Source of the DNA: Candidatus Bathyarchaeia archaeon
Lineage (GTDB): Archaea; Thermoproteota; Bathyarchaeia; 40CM-2-53-6
DNA length: 64,000 nucleotides
Direction: 5' to 3'
Assembly: GCA_049513715.1 (NCBI GenBank)
Contig: JBEKVV010000002.1
Coordinates: forward strand, 192,001 to 256,000
Part shown: piece by piece, positions 56,847 through 64,000 of the stretch
Layout: each line of letters begins with the position of its first letter
Numbering within the stretch: position 1 is the first letter of the stretch
Program-made: the position numbers and the translations under genes
The notes under the pieces: model-generated
The model's database searches: none
The model's input: the letters and a program-made list of their open reading frames with translations, nothing else
Told to the model about the DNA's origin: nothing

Positions 56847-57188
56847 TCAGGCCAGCGTCATTTGCTGGATGTCGTCGACCTTCACAGGTCTATGAGTCTT
56901 GGGGTTTATCCAGATGAATGGATCCTCCCAGCGGTCTGTAAGTTCTATTCTCACCGAGTGGTTGCATTGGGGGCATCGGGGCCCTCTTGCTTCGAAGATC
57001 GTGTGTGGGCATTGGCAATCGCAGTCTACTCGTTCGAGTACTAATCTTCGGCCTTCATACCTGCCGATTCGTGGTGGCGCGCAAGCCTCACACAAGAGTC
57101 CAACTTCCAGGTCGAAGCTGGGTCTCTTCGGCTTATACGCAGGAGAGATGAGTGAATGTGATTCGGTTGCAGTCTTAATGAGCTCCAC
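56847..57188 (-). CDS. Cys-rich hypothetical protein (putative zinc finger)
   Basis: CEAC, CDCQC and CPQC; overlaps the 3' end of the SNF2 gene, suggesting translational coupling. Confidence 0.6.
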   Translation of the reverse strand: MELIKTATESHSLISPAYKPKRPSFDLEVGLLCEACAPPRIGRYEGRRLVLERVDCDCQCPHTIFEARGPRCPQCNHSVRIELTDRWEDPFIWINPKTHRPVKVDDIQQMTLA

Positions 57189-59298
57189 TTTGGCTGGCGG
57201 TTGGGCCTTCCATGCGCAATCCGTAACGCTCCCGAATCTTGTCCGCCAACTTTCTCATGTCAAACCCGAAAACGTCTTTCAACTCATCTAAGTTGAGTTC
57301 TTCGCTCTCAGCAATGTCGCTTACCGTGATATCCTTGAAGAGTTTCCGTTTTCGTTCCAGTACATCGCGCACATGCTCTTCCACGGTACCCTTGACGATG
57401 AAATTTACTGCAAGGACTTTGTTGGGTTGTCCAATCCGGTGCAAACGAGCGATGCGCTGTTGAAGTCGGGCAGGATTCCAAGGTAAGTCGTAATTCACGA
57501 CGACATCGGCGGCCTGAAGGTTCAACCCGAACTGCCCTGCATCAGTGCTGGCTAGGACGCATGAGTCTGGCTGCTCAATGAACTGCTTCAAGTGCTTAGT
57601 ACGGTCGTCGCCGGAGAGTTGGCCGTGGTAGACCAACGTTTCAATGCCCTCGTTCATCAATTCGTCGTGGATCAGCTTCACTACTGGAACAAATTGGGAG
57701 AAGACCACTAACTTGTGGCCTTGCTCCGTGAAATCCTTCACCAACTCCTTCAATTCCACGAGCTTAGCGTTCTCGGGTTCTAGCTTGTCAATTACGCGCA
57801 TTAGGCGTTTGAAGATTCGAGATTCTCGTAGGGCAATCGCGTCTTCACTGTCCTCGCGTTGTTTGCGGTGGAGGTAACCTGCTATCATGCTGATGTCGGC
57901 GCATGCCTCGCGCAAAAGCGTGTAGAGCCTTATTCGGTTTCGAGTAAATGGGTTGGCTCCTCCTTTGTCGCTGGCGCTGAACGCATATTCCTCGACGATT
58001 GTTTCGCCGAGGCTTGCTTGGAGAATATCGTAGATCTTCTTCTGGTTTCGCGCTGGCTCCGTGTAAACGTACTGCATTGTCAACGACGGCAACTGCTTCA
58101 ATACCTGCGCTTTTGTCCGTCGTATGGATATGAGGCGAAGTTGCTTCCTAAGCTCGGGAAGAGTTTCCAAGTTTACGAAGGGACGGGACGCCTCCCAACC
58201 CTGCCCATGAAGTCTCAATGTGTACCGGGCAAGGAAATCCTCACTGTACCTGCCGAAGAAACCTGGCTTCACAATGTTGACGATGTTGTAGAGCTCGCCG
58301 AGATGGTTCTCCAACGGAGTTCCTGTGAGCGCAATGACATTCCTCACGATGAGTTTCTTTACTGCCTCGCTGGTTTGTGTGTCCCAATTCTTGACCCGGG
58401 TAACCTCGTCAAGGATCACGCTGTCGAAGTCTTTTTGAAGAATGAGCTCGAGGTCGGTACGCAGGAGTTCGTAGTTCATTACGACTAGCGGGTTGCTGTA
58501 GAGTCCCATCCGCTCTTTCAAGTGGGCTCTTGAGGTAACGAGGGTTGATTCCAGGTTGAACTTCTCCACCAACTCCTCACGCCACTGCTCAGTAACAGCG
58601 TTGGGGGCAACAATGAGCGCCCTGGAGGCTTTCTTTCTCCTGACCAGCTCCAGTAGGGCTGTTGTAGCTGTGATCGTCTTCCCCAGCCCCATTTCGTCGA
58701 ACAGGCAAGCCCGGCCGTCATTCTGTAGAATAAAATCAACTGCCTTCTGTTGAAACGGGTACAACGTGACATTGATTCTCCGCGGGGCGCGGATTTTGCT
58801 CAACGGCATGCGTCCATGTGGAAAGTTCCTGAGGTTGACTCGAAGTCCTTCTCGCTCGAACGCATCCTTGGCGAACCTGAACGACCCTGCTTGCCGAAGG
58901 CGGTAAGCGTCGTAGTAAGGGCTCCAAACAACATACGTTTTCAAAGTTCGCTCGTCAAGCATATCGCTCAACGAATCATTCCGAACCGTCCTAACCCAAA
59001 CGAAACCAGCCGGATCATACTCGAACTCGACAGCCCTATGCTCGCGAATCAGTTTCAGGGCTTGGGGTGAAAACTCCAGCCTAAGGCCTGCTTCCCGGTA
59101 GGTTTCCTCAGCCAACTTCGGATTGAGGGTTACCGGGTAGCGAAAGAAACCGTCTTTGAGAGGTGTAATGCTCGTGAGCGAACCAAAGCCCGGTTGGGGT
59201 ACATGTAGGTCAGGCGTTACCCTAAATGACGGGTCCACTGTGACGCGTCGCAGCCTCGCACGCCGCACCATGCCTTCCGGCTTTGTCCCTCTTTCCAA
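57175..59298 (-). CDS. SNF2-family (SWI2/SNF2) helicase-like ATPase
   Basis: LYPFQ, DEMGLGKT, ILDEVTRVKN, LTGTPLEN, GLNLQAAD and DLPWNPARLQQRIARLHRIGQ. Confidence 0.93.
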   Translation of the reverse strand: MERGTKPEGMVRRARLRRVTVDPSFRVTPDLHVPQPGFGSLTSITPLKDGFFRYPVTLNPKLAEETYREAGLRLEFSPQALKLIREHRAVEFEYDPAGFVWVRTVRNDSLSDMLDERTLKTYVVWSPYYDAYRLRQAGSFRFAKDAFEREGLRVNLRNFPHGRMPLSKIRAPRRINVTLYPFQQKAVDFILQNDGRACLFDEMGLGKTITATTALLELVRRKKASRALIVAPNAVTEQWREELVEKFNLESTLVTSRAHLKERMGLYSNPLVVMNYELLRTDLELILQKDFDSVILDEVTRVKNWDTQTSEAVKKLIVRNVIALTGTPLENHLGELYNIVNIVKPGFFGRYSEDFLARYTLRLHGQGWEASRPFVNLETLPELRKQLRLISIRRTKAQVLKQLPSLTMQYVYTEPARNQKKIYDILQASLGETIVEEYAFSASDKGGANPFTRNRIRLYTLLREACADISMIAGYLHRKQREDSEDAIALRESRIFKRLMRVIDKLEPENAKLVELKELVKDFTEQGHKLVVFSQFVPVVKLIHDELMNEGIETLVYHGQLSGDDRTKHLKQFIEQPDSCVLASTDAGQFGLNLQAADVVVNYDLPWNPARLQQRIARLHRIGQPNKVLAVNFIVKGTVEEHVRDVLERKRKLFKDITVSDIAESEELNLDELKDVFGFDMRKLADKIRERYGLRMEGPTASQSGAH

Positions 59299-59381
59299 CC
59301 CGTACCCTCAACTTGACCTTTCGGAAAACCCGGTGGTATTCAGGAACCAGAATATGAGCATCGCGAAAGCTACGTAACACC

Positions 59382-59545
59382 TTTTTTTTCACGGACAAAC
59401 CCAAAACCAACCCCAAACCTGAATTCAGCCAAGAAATCAAACGGTCCAGCGACCCAGCGTCCCGTCAACGTATGGGCAAATGGCCGACAACAACTCCGCG
59501 ACTTACCCGTCCCCACAAAAGTCAGCCCCCCGGCCCCCATCAAGC
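59382..59545. repeat. Dispersed intergenic element, copy 2
   Basis: The core 59503-59525 is identical to 17429-17451, with the same flanking motifs and orientation. Confidence 0.75.
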
Positions 59546-59583
59546 GTGCGGGCAAACGAAAACTGAGGGGGAAAAGTGGCAGG

Positions 59584-60804
59584 TCAAGAACTCTTCGTCT
59601 GTTCCTCAGGCGGCTTAACTTTCCGAAATACACCATAGACGAGGAAATCGTAAGCCAGCTTAAAAGTGCCCGCGAAAACAAACGGGCTTCCAACCCAAAT
59701 GCTCGCTATGGCGTATCCAGCAAATGATGGGCTTACGGAGGATGCGACGCTTCTGGAAACGTTTGTGAAACCCGCAGCCGCCGTTCTATCCGACTCATCA
59801 ACAATCGCCATCACGTACGACTGCCTCGCTGGAACATCCATCTGCGACAGCGAATGCCTGCACAGCAGAAGAGCAACTGCCCCGGCCGCGGACGGGGCGA
59901 ACGGGAGGGCGGTTAGGAAAATGTTTGATGGAATGTGGGTGAAGACCATGGTCTTCAGCAAACCAATGCGTCTCGCAATTCTCGGAGAGAGCAGGAAGGA
60001 CGCAGCCGTTACCAGCTGAGTTGAGGCTATAATCAGCCCGATTGACTCAAGCTGCAAGCCAAACCTCAAGAAAAAGAAGTAACCAATGATACTCGTGCCA
60101 ATGAATCCACCACCGAACGAGTCGATTGAAAAGATAGCAGACAACTTCGCAACAATTGACCTAGATTTTTCCGACAATACTTGACGTTTTGGCACGCGCG
60201 CCGCAACCGCGACCTCAACGCTCTTGGACAATTTGGAATAGACGACGCCGCCCACCAGACCTGAAGCCAAGTAGGCGAGGAAGAGTGGACGATAGGCTTC
60301 CAACCCGGATCCGAAGTATTGTGGTATCCCAACCAGCAATGCTCCTGCGGCAGAAGAGGCGTAACCAACTAGGTTGTATACGCTGAAGGCCAACGTTCTG
60401 TGTTTAGAATCGCAAGTCTGAGGGAGAATAGCCTGCTCTAGTGACAGGAAGGGCCCAACCTCGCCTGCGCCCACAGTCATGTTTCCCACGATTCCAGCGA
60501 TTATTGGTGACCACCAGGCACTGGATAGGAACAGCACACTTCCCGCAACGAAGTCCATCATCGCGAAGAAGATGAGGGTTTGCTTCCGCCCTATCCGGTC
60601 CGCAATGAAACTGATTATGAAGGTGTAGAATGAGCTAGTGAACACAGTTACCGTCAGAACAACTCCGATCGCGAAGACGCTGAGCCCTAACTTGTCCATG
60701 TAGACTGCGTACAAGGCTCCGAGAAAACCGTAGGGAACCGTTCGGACGCATTTCTCAGCAAACACAAGCTTGCCGTCACCGTTGATCCATTTGCCGTAAT
60801 CCAA
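59584..60804 (-). CDS. MFS transporter
   Basis: ADRIGRK, EVGPFLSLEQAIL, MVFTHIPSN and SQMDVPARQSY; about 12 TMs. Confidence 0.92.
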   Translation of the reverse strand: MDYGKWINGDGKLVFAEKCVRTVPYGFLGALYAVYMDKLGLSVFAIGVVLTVTVFTSSFYTFIISFIADRIGRKQTLIFFAMMDFVAGSVLFLSSAWWSPIIAGIVGNMTVGAGEVGPFLSLEQAILPQTCDSKHRTLAFSVYNLVGYASSAAGALLVGIPQYFGSGLEAYRPLFLAYLASGLVGGVVYSKLSKSVEVAVAARVPKRQVLSEKSRSIVAKLSAIFSIDSFGGGFIGTSIIGYFFFLRFGLQLESIGLIIASTQLVTAASFLLSPRIARRIGLLKTMVFTHIPSNIFLTALPFAPSAAGAVALLLCRHSLSQMDVPARQSYVMAIVDESDRTAAAGFTNVSRSVASSVSPSFAGYAIASIWVGSPFVFAGTFKLAYDFLVYGVFRKVKPPEEQTKSS

Positions 60805-60891
60805 ACTGGAGCTCCTCCCTCTAATCTAGGAAACCTGCGCCGAGCATTAATGCTACGAGGCCTGCCCTGCATGATTCCTAATCTGTTTTTC

Positions 60892-61362
60892 CTATTTTCT
60901 GACAGAGTGCTCTAGCGAACCTGCGTGCTCAAGTTTCCAGAGGCAGTAACTGTAAAGGGCATCGTAAAAGGGGAACTGGAGTCGCATATTCTCAAAGTCA
61001 TCCCTGGCCATTTGCCTGAAACCTAGGGCCGCAGCCTCAAGCCCGACTGATTTTGGTGGCGCATCCGCAATGTCAGCATCCGCTCCCCTAACAATCTCGG
61101 CCAACTCATCCAGTGCCTTGTCTCTGATTTTGTATTTCTTGATGATCGCGTCGAAGCTCACGCATTTCCTTCCATTCTCTTCGTAATGTGTCAGCTCAAC
61201 TCCAGGAGTATCGAAAGGCGTTGCGTTCTCTTTCTTCGCCATCTCCAGAACCTGTTCTTTCGGAACGAACAGGAATTCTGCGTCTTTGTCAACGAATTTC
61301 TTGATTAGCCATGGACAGGCGATTCGGTCAACTTGGGCTTTTTCGCGTGTAATCCATTTCAC
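60892..61362 (-). CDS. chrB: Chromate resistance protein ChrB-like domain
   Basis: KWITRE...VDRIACPWLIKKFVD, PFD...ELTH, SFDAII, IVRGAD and YDALY. Confidence 0.85.
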   Translation of the reverse strand: MKWITREKAQVDRIACPWLIKKFVDKDAEFLFVPKEQVLEMAKKENATPFDTPGVELTHYEENGRKCVSFDAIIKKYKIRDKALDELAEIVRGADADIADAPPKSVGLEAAALGFRQMARDDFENMRLQFPFYDALYSYCLWKLEHAGSLEHSVRK

Positions 61363-61418
61363 TGAGATTCCCTGAATGGAGATAATCAGGGATCATTGTA
61401 CTGATTTAAGTACGAGGC

Positions 61419-62093
61419 TTGAGGTTGGCTAATCAAAACCCCAGACTAGCGGAGCAAGATTATTCGGGAAGGTCAAATTTGAGCTCATTGCTGAAATCAA
61501 TCTCCTACATTCTCGCCGGCATAGAGCGCGGACAAATCTCCGACGTAGTGAAAGCCGTGAAGGAACTCAACCAAGTTGAGGAAGGCGCTCTGCTAATCGG
61601 AAGGTTCGACCTGCTCGTGCGAGTAGGGTTTTATGAACGTTCTGACCTGTATAGATCAGTTTCTGAAATCAGAGCGATGCCCGGCATCAGGGCAACGAGC
61701 ACACACATTCCCTTCGAAGGATTCACGAAGGACTACACCGTCGATGAAAACGACGCTCTTGCCATTTCCCTCCTCAGAGCGCAGGGGCCACTCCCGTACG
61801 TTTTGACCGGCCTGAGGAGCCTCGACCATGTCGTGGAAGGGTACATAATTCCGGGTGAATGGGACTTGCTCACCATCCTGCACAGCAAACACGTGGAACA
61901 GATTCTGGAAACTGCTGTGAACCAGTTTGAGGGGGTGCCAGGAATCGCCAAGACTGAAACGCTCATAGCGCACCAATACTTCCGAAAAACCCCTGAGGCC
62001 ATAGTCTCTGTTGGAACGTACGTTCCTCAATATGCGTCTGAGAGGTTGAAAGACCGAACAACCCTCGGCCCGCCGCAAAACGCTTCCTCATAG
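61419..62093 (+). CDS. Tandem Lrp/AsnC ligand-binding (RAM) domain protein
   Basis: Two repeats: GRFDLLV...IRAMPGIRATST and GEWDLL...VPGIAKTET; no HTH seen. Confidence 0.8.
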   Translation: MRLANQNPRLAEQDYSGRSNLSSLLKSISYILAGIERGQISDVVKAVKELNQVEEGALLIGRFDLLVRVGFYERSDLYRSVSEIRAMPGIRATSTHIPFEGFTKDYTVDENDALAISLLRAQGPLPYVLTGLRSLDHVVEGYIIPGEWDLLTILHSKHVEQILETAVNQFEGVPGIAKTETLIAHQYFRKTPEAIVSVGTYVPQYASERLKDRTTLGPPQNASS

Positions 62094-62207
62094 AGGCCTA
62101 TGGAAGTCATTCTGAACCCGTAGAACTTAACTTGACCAGGGATGTGCTGGGTGGATAGGCTAAGAAAGCATCCTTAAAACCAATTTCCGATTCTTGATCA
62201 ACAACTC

Positions 62208-62807
62208 GTGGTCGGCCTCAGAATGCCCCTAGAAGATGATGCCAAAGTGGAACCCTCGGAAAGCCAAGAGGATTCTCTTGAGGAATTACGTGCAAGAGTG
62301 GTAGAACTCGAGAAGGCCAAGAAAGCCAGTGAGCGAAAAGCAGCCGAGTACAAAGACAAATTGACAAGGCTACAGGCAGACATGGAGAATCTTCAAAAGA
62401 TCACCAAACGTCAAGTCGAGGCAGTGACCAAACAAGCCTCTGAAAGCCTGATAGTGAAACTTTTACCAATCCTCGACTCGCTCCACAAAGCCGAAGAAAT
62501 CGCCCATTCCGGCAAAGAGTTGCCGGCCGAAGAAATGGCGGTGGGTTTAGCTATGCTCCGCAAACAGTTGGCTGAAGTGCTAGAAGCCGAGGGATTGACA
62601 GAGATTCCAGCGGTCGGCCAAACCCTGGATCCGGAACTCCACGAAGCAGTCAGCTACGTCGAAACGGACGATGCCTCCGAAAACACTGTGGCCGAAGAAA
62701 TCAGGAAAGGGTACATTCTGAACGGCAAGGTGATTCGCGCAAGCTTGGTTGTTGTAAACAGGCGAAAGAATTCACAAGATGAACCGAAAAAACCTGAGAA
62801 CACCTAG
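62208..62807 (+). CDS. grpE: Nucleotide exchange factor GrpE
   Basis: RLQADMENL, LLPILDSL, DPELHEAV and KGYILNGKVIRASLV. Confidence 0.95.
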   Translation: MVGLRMPLEDDAKVEPSESQEDSLEELRARVVELEKAKKASERKAAEYKDKLTRLQADMENLQKITKRQVEAVTKQASESLIVKLLPILDSLHKAEEIAHSGKELPAEEMAVGLAMLRKQLAEVLEAEGLTEIPAVGQTLDPELHEAVSYVETDDASENTVAEEIRKGYILNGKVIRASLVVVNRRKNSQDEPKKPENT

Positions 62808-62975
62808 TTTCGGTTACTGAAAACTCCGAATCGAGCACCATGGTAATCGCAGGAAAGCGGTAACCAAAATCGTAATTGAGAGTCACAAAAACTGAAGTAG
62901 CAATAATAGCATTGATTGTAAGTGCATTAATGATAAGAGCTGCCGACTCACTGACTGTCACGCCGTGAGTTCTGT

Positions 62976-63323
62976 TTGCATGTCTCCATCACGGTGGAAA
63001 CAAGCGACCCAACTTTAGTCGAACGTTTGTTCAACCATCCTCGGGGATCGACTGACGCGGAAAGAAGGTTGGCCGCGGACTTGGTGGTCAGGTACGCAGG
63101 CGGTGCCGATCAATGGGATGCAAGGGTGCCTCACATTGTTACGCTGTCTGCAGAGGTTCGGAAATTATCTCAAGTCCCTCTCCTTTCAAATTGGCTTTGC
63201 GAGGCGTTGGGCAACGAAGTGGTTTCGCTCGTGATTGGTAGAGCTGTCGTGCTTAACATTGAAGAAGACGTAAGGCTCGCTTTGCTCGCGGAACTTGCAA
63301 GCACAGTCGAAATTAGCACTTAG
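62976..63323 (+). CDS. Hypothetical protein
   Basis: 115-aa ORF with globular composition; no motif recognised. Confidence 0.45.
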   Translation: MHVSITVETSDPTLVERLFNHPRGSTDAERRLAADLVVRYAGGADQWDARVPHIVTLSAEVRKLSQVPLLSNWLCEALGNEVVSLVIGRAVVLNIEEDVRLALLAELASTVEIST

Positions 63324-63472
63324 CGGGCGCGCTCAATCCCAGGGTTTCCCGTTCCTGAGCAGTAGTGACATTGATCAGAGTAGCTAACGTCTGGCTTCTG
63401 CTCTCTTACGATCTGCCAGTGAGCTCCTAAACCGTTGCAGTACGGGCAGCTCTGTTCAGCCCAACATCTCAC
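63320..63472 (-). CDS. 50-aa micro-ORF with two DnaJ-type CxxCxGxG repeats
   Basis: Manual translation MRCWAEQSCPYCNGLGAHWQIVREQKPDVSYSDQCHYCSGTGNPGIERAR; start uncertain. Confidence 0.55.
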   Translation of the reverse strand: MRCWAEQSCPYCNGLGAHWQIVREQKPDVSYSDQCHYCSGTGNPGIERAR

Positions 63473-63961
63473 CTGACTTTGAATAAACCCCCTCTGCGTA
63501 CCTTATACCATGTCAAACAGTGCCTACACCTGAACAGTTGGGATACCGGGTCTAACTGCAAATCTAGGAAACATATTGGCATCTAGCCATTCAGACCAAG
63601 TGCGATGCCTTTGGATATGGGGGGATATTCCATGATAGACCTTGACTTCTATGTGAGAGAGGCCAAAACTATCAAAGAATCAGTAGCGGTGGGCACATTC
63701 ATCAAGACCGGGAAGGGGAATGACCCTGCCACTCTGCAGGGGCATGTGGGTTGGGTGAGAGACGCAGGTTTGTGACCGCCTACGTCCGTCATCACGCCAA
63801 TAGGGCTCTCATTGTGGTCAGACCTATCTGACGCGTGGGCAGGCCCTAGAGGTTGCTGGCAATCAGGGAGAAGGGTCAGTATGTTGAGATGCTAAGGAGG
63901 GGGTATAGACGGGTCCGCAGCATATTTTATTTACCAGAAGTAACATGGAGGGGCGATTTAG

Positions 63962-64000
63962 TTGCCCAAGATAATCGGAATTGACCTAGGAACCAGTAAC
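63962..64000 (+). CDS. dnaK: Chaperone DnaK (Hsp70), 5' end only
   Basis: TTG start preceded by GGAGG; translates MPKIIGIDLGTSN (Hsp70 phosphate-1 motif); near grpE. Confidence 0.9.
   Translation, partial: MPKIIGIDLGTSN

Noticed and set aside
59370..59693. 107-aa ORF, and the similar 17300-17524 ORF
   Set aside because: They are translations of the skewed repeat element overlapping real genes.
62701..62961. 86-aa minus-strand hydrophobic ORF
   Set aside because: It overlaps grpE by about 100 nt and has no recognisable motif.
1..64000. CRISPR arrays, rRNA genes, IS transposases and BHB introns in protein-coding genes
   Set aside because: No regularly spaced repeats, rRNA motifs or transposase ORFs were seen. 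Recognised CDSs appear full length and uninterrupted, although short in-frame introns cannot be excluded by eye.

Overview
Archaeal chromosomal segment. Gene content (smc-scpA-scpB, rps8e, SRP19, ABCE1, Cgi121, thermosome, grpE/dnaK, presenilin homolog) suggests a TACK lineage such as Bathyarchaeia; this placement is inference only. It holds about 55 mostly housekeeping or metabolic CDSs, a surface-glycan-type cluster (24.5-32.2 kb) and an amine gamma-glutamylation-type cluster (42-50 kb). The main result is in the non-coding DNA. Three heavily interrupted tRNA genes can be rebuilt by hand into complete cloverleaves using bulge-helix-bulge (BHB) rules: tRNA-Asn(GUU) with 3 introns (8/9, 30/31, 37/38), tRNA-Glu(CUC) with 4 introns (10/11, 20b/21, 37/38, 59/60) and tRNA-Ile2(CAU) with 2 introns (30/31, 37/38). 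In the Asn and Glu genes the first intron's BHB uses up the 5' acceptor strand. Each of these two genes carries an exact copy of its own 7-nt 5' acceptor strand 17 nt upstream, followed by a 10-nt spacer complementary to the D-arm. The Ile2 gene has no such intron and no such copy. This looks like a leader-encoded decoy-acceptor refolding device for splicing. Other oddities are a 32-aa acidic Trp-repeat microprotein upstream of ABCE1, a DnaJ-type zinc-finger micro-ORF between grpE and dnaK, and a dispersed G-rich intergenic element present twice. No CRISPR array, rRNA or transposase was seen.
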